A stretch of DNA of 64,000 bases from Macrostomum hystrix (taxonomy: Eukaryota; Animalia; Platyhelminthes). Location: contig CATNEN010000007.1 of the NCBI GenBank assembly GCA_950097015.1, positions 4,216,001 through 4,280,000 of the forward strand, read 5' to 3'. Below are positions 48,361 through 60,600 of the stretch, piece by piece (positions within the stretch are counted from its first letter, which is position 1; every line of letters begins with the position of its first letter). The position numbers were made by a program, and so were the translations under genes. The notes beneath the pieces are model-generated. The model was not told the origin of the DNA. It was given only the letters and a program-made list of their open reading frames with translations, and searched no databases.

Positions 48361-49478
48361 TACTCATAAAAATAAATACAGTAAAGTCATAAGTAGAAAG
48401 GAATATAGAAGATAGATACCGGCCATATTGAAAGTATAACACTACCATATTTGAATACATAAATGCTACCAATTGAATTTGAAATAAGAAAGTGCATAAA
48501 GCGAATAAAGTAAAGACATTTATAAGATTAACATAAAGACAGTATTTGAATAAAGTATATAAGGAAAGAGGCCTAGAACAACTTTGGTAACAGCAGTAGG
48601 ATCGTTAATTTCCACCTACAACAACTTTAGTGACATTCAGTGGAATCTAAAATATTAGGCCTATAAAATAGCCCTACAACAATTGTTTCACTGTTTAAAA
48701 AATCTTATTTAATAAAATTTTACTGCATGATACTAGCTATACCAAATTTTAAATCATATTTATAGATTCAACCTAGACAGAAAATGAACCAAAGCATTGA
48801 CATAGTGAATTATATAAATTAATACACACACAACACATTTATTTTGACATTTCCTTAATGTATAATATCTAGAATATATCTTAGATAGACATTGATTCTT
48901 CTTACTATATGCTAGAGCTATAGATTATTCAATTTTCATTATGTTATAACTGTTTTATTAGGATTTGCTTAATTGATCAGTTTACAATTTGCTCAAAAAT
49001 GTTTGCTTAATGGACAGTGCATAGTAACAATGACTGACTTGAAGCTGGCAAGTTGCTAGGGGGCGGCGGGCCTAATGCTATAAATCTTTAGATCAAGTTT
49101 ATGTTAGTAGTCCAATTTTTCTTGTAATTTCAGGCCTAGTTCATTTAAAATGCTTCTAGTAGGGCCTATTGCCTTGCCACTCTTAAGGAACAAAGAAACT
49201 ATAGGCCTAGTCTGTCTATAGTCATAGAACCTTGATTTGCCTCAGCTCATATCTTCAAGACCTAAGCCCTAATACTCTATCTGGAAGTAGGCCTACTTGC
49301 TGAGGATTGCATACTCTGCACTGCAGTTTGATGAACCAATGCTGCAAAGGTTGCAAGTAGGCCTATGTACATGACATTTAAGGCACTACAACTTAGGCCT
49401 ACAAGAACTAGGGGGCCTATGCAACCTAAAAGAATAGGTGAATAGCTAGAGCTAGGGGATGGATCGCTTATAGAGTTA

Positions 49479-49675
49479 GGGTAATGTATCATCAACCGAA
49501 CAGTGTATCTTCAAAACCGAACAAGAATTTTGACTCCTTCCTTGGTCTCATGCAAGACAGAAACAAGCTAGGCCCTATTGTGTTTCACAGAACAACTAAT
49601 TTGAAAGTTGAAGAAATTATCTACAAGCTGAGGCATGATGTGCAATGAAGCATTAAGAGGAAAAAAAGATATTGA
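49479..49675. mobile_element. Truncated left-end copy of the 20966-21606 MITE
   Basis: About 200 bp nearly identical to 20966-21155, starting at the gggtaatgtatcatc TIR; no right TIR seen. Confidence 0.85.
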
Positions 49676-51799
49676 TTTTTGTAGGCTTATTGGCTCGGCC
49701 TTAGCGATGACTGACAAACTTTTTTAGATGATGGCTTTTGAATATATTCGGTTTTTGGTTTAGCTTAAAATGTATATCCAGTAACAGTAATCAGTATACT
49801 TTGACTATTATTAGTTTTTACAAATGCACCTAGAGAAAATAAATTTAAATGTTTTCTAATGTAGCACTAGCTACTAATTTAATACACTATTACACTATAG
49901 TATCATAATTAAAAGATAATGTCATTACGCCTACAGTTCTTTGTACATAAAGTATAGTTTCACGTGGCAACAACGTCGTCCTCAGGACGCATTGAACTCG
50001 CCATAAAGTACGGAAAACGAGAGTTCAAAGTTTGACAAATGACACAAACTATAACATTTAAGATTGTTTTCATATAAATTCTGAAAATTTAAAACATTTG
50101 GTTTCTTGATAACTTAACCTGGCGTTTTCAAGTTACCAGATCAGCTACTTAAACTGAGGCTGTGGCAGGACTACAAAATGAAACTTTTTATCGCAAACGT
50201 CCAGCTTTGCAGCTTAGCGGATAAATGTTCAGGCTTTGGAGTTTTGATCTTATAGGGTAATTTTAAGTAAAGTGATCAGAGTGAGACAACTGTCTGGCCA
50301 TACAAGAGGCTTCTGACTCGCGTTGCGAATCCCCAATGATAAGCAGCAGAGTTACGAGCTTCTCTCCATGCATGCCTGGACAATCCCTCATTCCCACTTC
50401 ATTTTTTTACAATAGCGACAGTTGAAATTATAGTTTACTTTTTTATTCTGTGTATATCAGTGTATTATTGTCACGACCTGCAATTGTTTTGTTGTCAAGA
50501 AAAATAGTACTTAATAATTTTTTTTATTTCCCATCTGTGCTACTTAACATTTTCTTTAAGTAGTGCATAACCGAGAAATAAAAACAACTACGAGCGAATT
50601 GTAAATTTAGCAAAAGCAGAATTTCGTTTAAAAGTTGTCTTGACCGTATCTGTCTAGATTCGAAGAACAATGGCGACAGAACTGAAAGAGATGGACATAA
50701 ATGGATAGAAATAGTTAATGCCGCGATGAGGTTACAGAGTTGGTGCCCGGGTCAGGAAGTAAATTATCCTCTCACTGTCAGGCTTTTCCCGTTCCAGGCT
50801 TTAGGTGATGCTAGTAAAAGCAACTTTATTCTCCCGTTAAAACCCTGATAATGCATGGTTACAGTAAGTTTTGATGCCACCCATCCACCCCACAGAGCAA
50901 CATCCTGGGTCTGTTCATTGTTGCGTGGTAATTGCATATGTCACCTTGGGTTTGTTTGACCCAAGCATTCGTGCCAGCTTTTACATAAGGTTTTAAAGCA
51001 AAAAATGAATGCCTCCATTGTTGCTTCTTGGAGAGTTATAAAATTTAGAATCTGAAAAGAAAACTCCCGGTAAAATTTACCCCATTGTAGGACCGAACTT
51101 TGTTGGTACAAAAATGCGTTTATAGTGAGCTGTACTTTGGCCAACCTTAAAGCCATCGACAATAATGATTAAGTTTACGTTTTCTTAGCACGGCTTTCTC
51201 TTTTGTGCTTCCAATCTTCTTCTTTCGGTAGTTAATGCGCAAGAATCTGGCCTAGTTTATTTATCATTACAGCCTGAGGGGCCAAGGGTCTGTCGTCGAG
51301 CTGCCGCGGCCTTGCAAACTCCAGTTCGAGGCTGCAAGCATGATTGATGACGCCCTCCTGACACTGAAAGCCTACGACTGCTGCCTCTGCTGCTGCTGCT
51401 GCTGCTGTGTTCTCTGGCACAACCGAGTTGAAGAGACTAAATTAAGGGCCTGGGCTGTAAAGTCTGGCAGGGGTGGCAAGTTTAATTGGATGCCGCGTAG
51501 ACCTTACACACACACGGGTGTCACATCCTCTCGTGACCATATAGCCCTGTTAAAATCTTTCCTTTTCTGTGCTTCACTGGCGTTCGGTGTCGCAGCTGCG
51601 CCGCATCCTCTCTTCTGTGTCCCCTGGTAGATTAGAAGCTGCACTGGAACTGCTGGTCCACCTGTGGTTTGCAGAATTTCAAAAATGGCTCATGTATTTT
51701 GAGCTTTACAGATATAAATAATTACTTTCTTCGTTTCTCTGGTTCGTATTGGTAGGAAACCTGCTTACCCCGGATTCCGAAAGTCCTGGATTCGACTCG

Positions 51800-52830
51800 A
51801 CCCCCTAGATTCTACCCGACCCCCTAGATTCTACCCTCTCTCCTAGATTCTACCCTCTCTCCTAGATTCTGCCCTCTCCCCTAGATTCTACCCTCTCTCC
51901 TGGATTCTACCCTCTCTCCTAGATTCTACCCTCTCTTCTAGATTCTACCCTCTCTTCTAGATTCTACCCTCTCCCCTAGATTCTACCCTCTCCTGGATTC
52001 TACTCTCTCTCCTAGATTCTACTATCTCTCCTAGATTCTACCCTCTCTCCTAGATTCTACTATCTCTCCTAGATTCTGCCCTCCCCTAGATTCTACCCTC
52101 TCTCCTAGATTCTACCCTCTCTCCTAGATTCTACCCTCTCTCCTAGATTCTACCCTCTCTCCTAGATTCTACCCTCTCTCCTAGATTCTACCCTCTCTCC
52201 TAGATTCTACCCTCTCTCCTAGATTCTACCCTCTCCTGGATTCTACTCTCTCTCCTAGATTCTACCCTCTCTCCTAGATTCTACCCTCTCTCCTAGATTC
52301 TACCCTCTCTCCTAGATTCTACTCTCTCTCCTAGATTCTACTCTCTCTCCTAGATTCTACTATCTCTCCTAGATTCTACTATCTCTCCTAGATTCTACTC
52401 TCTCTCCTAGATTCTACTATCTCTCCTAGATTCTACCCTCTCCCCTAGATTCTACTATCTCTCCTAGATTCTACTATCTCTCCTAGATTCTACTATCTCT
52501 CCTAGATTCTACTATCTCTCTTAGATTCTACTATCTCTCCTAGATTCTACTATCTCTCCTAGATTCTACTATCTCTCCTAGATTCTACTATCTCTCCTAG
52601 ATTCTACTATCTCTCCTAGATTCTACTATCTCTCCTAGATTCTCCTATCTCTCCTAGATTCTACTATCTCTCCTAGATTCTACTATCTCTCCTAGATTCT
52701 ACTATCTCTCCTAGATTCTACTATCTCTCCTAGATTCTACTATCTCTCCTAGATTCTACTATCTCTCCTAGATTCTACTATCTCTCCTAGATTCTACTAT
52801 CTCTCCTAGATTCTACTATCTCTCCTAGAG
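51800..52830. repeat. 19-bp minisatellite (agattctactatctctcct / agattctaccctctctcct)
   Basis: About 54 copies; two variants segregate left and right. Confidence 0.96.
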
Positions 52831-53179
52831 TCTTCTAATACAAGAAAGCACAGCCGATCGTTATAAACATGTTGAATGGAATAGAAAGACAAATGTCATA
52901 TTTTAAATATTTTAACACCTACCTCACAATGCTTATTTTGTTTTCATGCACATGTAGATACAATCTCAAGCTATCTATTACTACTTCCTAACTTAAAACT
53001 GTGCCTGCCTCAATTCAACAAGAAAAGGCTTAAATGATGAATTACTAGTGGAATCCCCGTTTATGTTTGAACAATCTGTCACGCTTCAGCTGTAACTAAA
53101 GACGCTGTAAATGTTCGACAGGACACCCTCCTGCAAGAGATAATTAAGTCTAGGTATTCTAGAGAGGATATAGTTTCCA

Positions 53180-54450
53180 ATATGACTGACTAGATAGATC
53201 CCAATCTGACTAGATAGATCCCAATGTGACTGGGAGATCCCAACGTGACTGGGTAGATCCCAATGTGACTGGATAGATCCTAATTTGACTATCTATCTAG
53301 TGTGACTAGATAGATCCCAATATGACTAGGTAGTTCCCAACGTGACTGGGTAGATCCCAATGTGACTGGATAGATCCCAATGTGACTGGGTAGATCCCAA
53401 TGTGACTGGATAGATCCCAATGTGACTGGATAGATCCCAATGTGACTGGATAGATCCCAATGTGACTGGATAGATCCTAATTTGACTATCTATCTAGTGT
53501 GACTAGATAGATCCCAATATGACTAGGTAGTTCCCAACGTGACTGGGTAGATCCCATTGTGACTGGATAGATCCTAATTTGACTATCTATCTAGTATGAC
53601 TAGATAGATCCCAATATGACTAGGTAGTTCCCAACGTGACTGGGTAGATCCCAATGTGACTGGATAGATCCTAATTGACTATCTATCTAGTGTGACTAGA
53701 TAGATCCCAATGTGACTAGATAGATCCCAATGTGACTGGGTAGATCCCAATGTGACTGGATAGATCCTAATTTGACTATCTATCTAGTGTGACTAGATAG
53801 ATCCCAATATGACTAGGTAGTTCCCAATGTGACTGGGTAGATCTCAATGTGACTGGGAGATCCCAACGTGACTGGGTAGATCCCAATGTGACTGGATAGA
53901 TCCCAACGTGACTGGGTAGATCCCAATGTGACTGGATAGATCCCAATGTGACTAGGTAGTTCCCAATGTGACTAGATAGATCCCAATATGACTAGATAGT
54001 TCCCAATGTGACTGGGAGATCCCAACATGACTGGATAGTTTCCGATGTGACTGGGAGATCCCAGTGTGACTGGATAGATCCCAGTGTGACTGGGTAGATC
54101 CCAGTGTGACTGGGAGATCCCAACGTGACTGGGTAGATCCAAATGTGACTGGGTAGATCCCAACGTGACTGAGTAGATCCCAATATGACTGGGTAGATCC
54201 CAACGTGACTGAGTAGATCCCAATATGACTGGGTAGATCCCAATGTGACTGAGTAGATCCCAATGTGACTGGGTAGATCCCAATTTGACTGAGTAGATCC
54301 CAATGTGACTGGGTAGATCCCAACGTGACTGGGTAGATCCCAATGTGACTGGGTAGATCCCAATGTGACTGGGTAGATCCCAATGTGACTGGGTAGATCC
54401 CAATGTGACTGGGTAGATCCCAATATGACTGGGAGATCCCAACGTGACTG
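53180..54450. repeat. 20-bp minisatellite (agatcccaatgtgactgggt) with an embedded hairpin variant
   Basis: About 63 copies; higher-order block of about 97 bp in the left half. Confidence 0.96.
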
Positions 54451-55599
54451 CTTGTATGGAGCCCCATATTATTTATGGCTTCGGAAGAGAGCGCAGAAAA
54501 TTCAAGCTTTCTTAGATTTTCGATCGAACACGTCAGATCCCCAAGTCAACCACGAAGCATGCAGCCCGCCGTTGTCACCCGCAGTTGCCAACGCGCAGTT
54601 CCTCCCGGCCTGACAGCCGCTCTGCCTGCTCGGCCGCAGCCAAATCCGCAGACGGGAACTCAGGGTTTCGAGTGAGCAGGGCTGGCAGAGAGTAGTAAAT
54701 AGAATTTGTCCGGTCCCCGAGGATCAGAGGTTGGTCGTGCGCTTCCCCGGAGGCTACCGCCCCTTCCACTCCGCCCATTTTAGTGTCTTCTCGACTCGCT
54801 CTCTCTGGCAGGCCTCGTCTTGCTCTGCCTCCTTCTCTCTCTACCACTCTCCCCCCATATACTCGCGCTCAAGGAGTTTGAGCAGCCCATGGTTAGAGGC
54901 GGGATGGTCTCAGGAGGCTTGGCCGGGGGTGGGGGCTGGGCGGGGCTCGCCACTTGTTTGTGGTAATCAAATCATGGGAAGGATAGTGTACGATAAAGTA
55001 ATTAGGGGTTCCAAGGGCCGGGGACGGCAGCATGTCTGAGCTAATCAGACTGAGAGGGGAGGCTGGCAGGGGCGGGGATCAGAAGCCGTGGCCCTTAGCC
55101 CTCCCATCGCCGGGGCAAGGTCCTAAGAGTCGTTGTGCGAAATTTTCCAAGCCTCGCCTGTCTGCCACGGCTGTCTCTGTCTCTCGGTCTGTCTCTGGTT
55201 TGCCGGCCCTCCACCGCCTGCATGCGTTTCAGGTCTGCAGGCAATTTGCATGTAAATCAGCTTGCCTAAGCCGGGGCTCCGCAAGCCCTGTGGAAGTGGC
55301 AGGGTGGCGGCAGCCGGTTAAAGCAGCTCATTACCTGCCACAGCTCAGCACTGGCCGTGCCTTAATCCCCGGAAAATCATTGGGTTCAGTGGCGTACTGA
55401 CCGCGGCCATTCCGCCTAGATTTGCCCAGATTCGGCAAGTGGGGAGAAAACGCTGAGGATTCATCTACCCCTACCACCACCAGCAAGGCTGTGGACAGCA
55501 GTGTTTTGCTTTCTTCCACTTAAGTTTGACTCAACCGAATCTCCCTTGCCTGCGTGTGCTACAACTCACCGGCAATTTTTACTTGATTAAAGTAGGAAA

Positions 55600-57110
55600 T
55601 ACCAACCCTTCAATAAAATCTCCCATCCCTGCAATCATATCTCCAATCCCTTCCTTCGAATCTCCCATCCCTTCAATCAAATCTTCCATCCCTTCCTTCA
55701 AATCTCTCATCCCTTCCTTCAAATCTCTCATCCCTTCAATCAAATCTCCCATCCCTTCAATCGAATCTCCCATCGCTTCCTTCAAATCTCCCATCCCTTC
55801 CTTCAAATCTCTCATCCCTTCAATCAAATCTTCCATCCCTTCAATCAAATCTTCTATCCCTTCCTTCAAATCTCCCATCCCTTCAATCAAATCTCCCATC
55901 CCTTCAATCAAATCTCCCATCCTTTCTATGAGGTCTTCCATCCCTTCAATCAAATCTCCCATCCTTTCTATGAGGTCTTCCATCCTTTCAATCAAATCTC
56001 CCATCCCTTCCTTCAAATCTCCCATCCCTTCCTTCAAATCTCCCATCCCTTCAATCAAATCTTCTATCCCTTCCTTCAAATCTCCCATCCCTTCAATCAA
56101 ATCTCCCATCCCTTCGATCAAATCTCCCATCCTTTCTATAAGGTCTTCCATCCCTTCAATCAAATCTCCCATCCTTTCTTTGAGGTCTTCCATCCCTACA
56201 TAATATTTAAAATCCCTTCAAATCTCCAAGAAAAGAAAATATGAAGCAAATAAAAATTTTCAAATTTTCCCTTCAATCGAATCTCCCATCCCTTCAATCA
56301 AATCTCCCATCCCTTCAATCAAATATCCCATCCCTTCAATCGAATCTCCCATCCCTTCAATCAAGTCTTCCATCCATTCCTTCAAATCTCCCATCCCTTC
56401 CTTTAAATCTCCCATCCCTTCAATCAAATCTCCCATCCCTTCAATCATATCTCCCATCCCTTCCTTCAAATCTCCCATCCCTTCAATCATATCTCCCATC
56501 CCTTCAATCAAATCTCCCATCCCTTCCTTCAAATCTCCCATCCCTTCAATCAAATCTCCCATCCCTTCCCTCATATCTCCCATCCCTTCAATCGAATCTC
56601 CCATCCCTTCAATCGATGTCCCATCCCTTCAATCAAATCTCCCATCCCTTCAATCAAATCTTCCATCCCTTCCTTCAAATCTCCCATCCCTTCAATCAAA
56701 TCTCCCATCCCTTCAATCAAATCTCCCATCCCTTCAATCAAATCTCCCATCCCTTCAATCAAATCTCCCATCCTTTCTATGAGGTCTTCCATCCCTTCAA
56801 TCAAATCTCCCATCCTTTCTATGAGGTCTTCCATCCCTTCAATCAAATCTCCCATCCCTTCCTTCAAATCTCCCATCCCTTCCTTCAAATCTCCCATCCC
56901 TTCAATCAAATCTCCCATCCCTTCAATCAAATCTCCCATCCCTTCCTTCAAATCTCCCATCCCTTCCTTCAAATCTCCCATCCCTTCCTTCAAATCTCCC
57001 ATCCCTTCAATCAAATCTCCCATCCTTTCTATGAGGTCTTCCATCCCTACATAATATTTAAAATCCCTTCAAATCTCCGAGAAAAGAAAATATGAAGCAA
57101 ATAAAAATTT
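55600..57110. repeat. 21-bp minisatellite (aaatctcccatcccttcaatc) in two blocks, each ending in the same unique tail
   Basis: About 65-70 copies; the tail is duplicated at 56197-56260 and 57048-57110. Confidence 0.96.
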
Positions 57111-57648
57111 AGAGTTTTTTCCTAAAGGAATATTTGTTATAACGATTTTCGCAGAAAAGCTTGAATTTTAAACAAACGCTGATTAATAGTTTTCTCACAC
57201 GCTGATTCGCTGGGCTTAATATTTTGACATCCAGTTCCTTTGAACAAAATCCGGAAAAATACGATGAAAAAACACGGCTGTTTTTTTGCGGGAAATTTCC
57301 GAACTGACTGCTACGCGCACTTTCCGACAGACGAGGGGAGACAAACGCAATAAAAACATTTTTAGGTTTGATTACAGACTCAAATACAACGGACAGGTAT
57401 GGAGGTAGTCCAGTACATAATCGCATAGGGTTTCAAAGTCACAGATTTGATTGTCAGGCGATAGAACTAAGCAAGCGATAATTCTAGAAAAAATGATTAC
57501 AGACAAGAAGGGGCGAATCAAAAACACTGACACAGTTTAACTAGAACGCTATGCAGTGAACAGGCGACGCTTGACAACAGACAGAAGGAAAAGTGGACAC
57601 TTCACAGGCAATCCGTATGTTTCGCAGTGTTCCGACGGTGTCACTTCT

Positions 57649-60600
57649 CTATGCGTTCACAGCGGCTGCGCTGCTGGCAGCTCCAAGAGCCGCGGCGGTC
57701 GTTGCTGGCGGAGTTCTCAGCGAGCCTGGCGCCGAGGACGAGTTTGAAGAAGCGGACGAGGCGGAGGAAGAAGCTGACGATGCTGGAGTCGAAGACGACG
57801 CACCGGAGGAGGTGGCGGCGGCCGCCGCGGCTGCGGCTGCGGCTGCTGCGGCGGCGGCGGCGGCGGAATGCGCAAAGTGCAGATAGGGGGGCATCGGGTA
57901 GGGCATGGAGCCAATGTGTTGTTGCTGGTGCTGGTGCTGGAGCTGATGCTGGAGCTGATGCTGGAGCTGGTGCTGAAGCTGGTGATGCAGCGACTGAGGG
58001 TGCTGGTGCTGTCCCATCCACCCCAGACCGAATGACCGATGGCCGCTCAGCAGCAGGTCGTGCAGCACGGCGTCTATGGGCGTTTTACCTGTCATCTTCA
58101 CGAAGAACAATTGCTCCAGCACCGTTGCTGGCAGCCGCTTCAGCTGCGGCAGGCGCAGCAGCAGCTTGCCGAAGCGGGCGGGCTGGTGCGGGTGCTGGTA
58201 GCGGACGTACTCCTCGAAGGCGCACTGCACCTTCTCCTGGATGCCGTCGACCTGGGCCGCGTCCGTGAGGCCGGGGACATCTGCAATCGGCAAGTTGAGT
58301 GAATTTCGCTTGGAAAATAGAATTCACTGTATATCCCTTATTTCCCTTGGTTTGCGAATCGAACTCTCGAACGCAAGCTACAAAATAATTTCTGAATCCA
58401 GACGCACCTGAGTTGAACAGCGCGATGGCCTTCAGACAGGAGAACTCCGCTGGGTCCACGCGCAGAGCTCGCAGCTTCTCAACCTGCTCATGGAAGGTCC
58501 TGGCATAGCCGGCGTACAGCGCGGTCCGCTCGGGCGTGCCGCCAACTGCCGCCGCCGCTGCCAACGCCGGGCCCGCGTGAATGGGCACAGCGGAGTGCGC
58601 AGCCGTCAGGATAAAGAGCTCGGACCAGGACTGGCTGAGAAGTGTCAGCTGATCGGCCGGCTGCAGCTCCGGGAAGAACGGAATGTTCTTGATCCAGGCA
58701 ACGGTTGTGAACAACAGCTGGGCGGCCATCTCTCCGACTGTGTCAGCCGTGATGGACGGAGGCTGCGGGGGTTGCGACGGTGGTTGCGGCGGCGGCGGCG
58801 GTGGCGCAGGAGGTGGCGGCTGGGATGGCGGAGGTGGTGGCGGAGGAGGCGGCGGCGGAGGTGGCGGAGGTTGCGGCGGCGGAGCGGCTTGCTGCGGCGG
58901 CGGTTGCGAAGGCATATGCTGTTTTGGCTGCTGCTGCTGCTGCTGACGAGTGTTAAAGCTAGGAGTGGCTTGCATTGACGCTGAAGCTTGAAATCGTGCA
59001 TGAGACGATGACATTGTTGAGGCCGACGTCGAAGTGCCGCTGTTTGCGGCTGCCGCGGCGGCAGCAGCAGCGGCGGCTGCAGCGGCGGCCGCGTGCGGAG
59101 CCTCCGCCCTCAACAGTAGGTTGATGAAGGAGGAGAAATAGGAGGGCGAAGCGAATGGCGGGAACAGACCAGCGTAGGCCTGCTGGAAGGGCGGAATCCG
59201 GCCCTGCTGAACGGCTAGAAGTGGGGGCGGGAGCGGGTGAAGCCGATGTTGTTAAAAAGCGAAATCAATTTGCGGTTTTGCATCGTTATAATCGACAAAA
59301 ATTCGCCTTGCTTTAAGTGACTTTCTCATTCACCGCAAAGAGGAGCAAAGGAAGAAATAAAAAGGAGAACTGCGGAAGAGACTCTTGGGACACACGCAGT
59401 GATCCATCAGGCAGGTTTTCAGTGCGGCGCAGCCAGTAATTTCAGTTTGGGAAAGGATTGAAAAACAAGGCTGCCGGGCGCTGGGGCAATCTGTCACCAG
59501 CCTCTCCTTTTCCGCCAGTTAAAGAAGGCCAAAGAAAACCGAACGGCAGGGGGGGGCCGTGTCGGGTCGCCAAGGCCCGGGCCTGATAAATGAGACGCGC
59601 AGGAACCGGCGGGTTGAGAGGTGAGATCCCAATGTCCTCATCAATCAGAGGTGCGAAAGTCGAGAGCTCGCCGTGACTGTCTGCTGACTAGGCGGCGGGC
59701 GGGACAGAGGATGGGGAATACAAGTGGAGGGATGTTTTCAAGGCTTAGGTTAGATAGATGAGCGCGGGCCGGCCAGTGCCTAAGTGCCCACCTGTTGAAC
59801 TGGGGGATAAATGCTTTTCATTCGAAATCGTACCAGCCGCCTGACCCTGGCATCATCTAATCCCCTAAAATACTCCCGATGGGATTGTAGGGATGGATTG
59901 GGGAAGCTGTGACCAGCAGAAGTCCGATCTGCTTCCCTGTGTCAGATTTCTGTGAGTCAGCAGCTCAGAAATCACAGCGTGTCATTCCAGCCAATCTGGC
60001 AGTTGATTTGTCTGGCTCCGGCAGAATAATTCTTTGTTTCTTTATTTTTCCTCGACTGTTTGGGGGCGGTCAAGACGGGTGGGAGAAAACCTCGAAGTCG
60101 CCTGTGTCGTATTTTTTTCATTCCGGCCGCTGATTAAGGCGTCGGCCTGGGGAAGTGGGCGGGGGGAGGGGCCACTCGTTTTTGTTCGCGCCCCGTTTGA
60201 GCAGGCAGAAATCTCCCCGGGGCCTGATCCGCCCGGGACATGAAAGAGAAAGGCAGCAGCGAGTAGGGCACACACACGCCGGGGAAGTTGTTGGGATCAG
60301 GATCGCCCAAGGGGGAAACTCGCCGGGCCCAAGCAGCCGTTAACAAGGTTTGCAAAGGTCCCAGGGTCCCCACCTCATTGGGACGCGCGGGCTTCTTTCA
60401 CTCCTTCACTCTCTTGTCTTTACTCACTCTGGCCTCCTAAAATACACTCCCTTTACTGTTTTATCCCCTATAGGCCTACAGCTATCTCTTCGTTTTCACG
60501 CTCGATGTCGCGCTGTAGCTCAACGGTTTTTGAGGGACCCTGATGGACTTGGGACACAGCAGCTCACGAGCATCATCACACAGTGGCACAGCCCAGCCCT

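Noticed and set aside
55526-55590. LRR-like peptide LPCLRVLQLTGN at the start of an ORF
   Set aside because: A single motif with no ATG or convincing exon boundaries, running straight into a minisatellite; likely chance.
10233-57110. CRISPR-like appearance of 30-31-bp repeats with internal palindromes
   Set aside because: Units are head-to-tail with no unique spacers, there are no cas genes, and the context is spliced eukaryotic genes.
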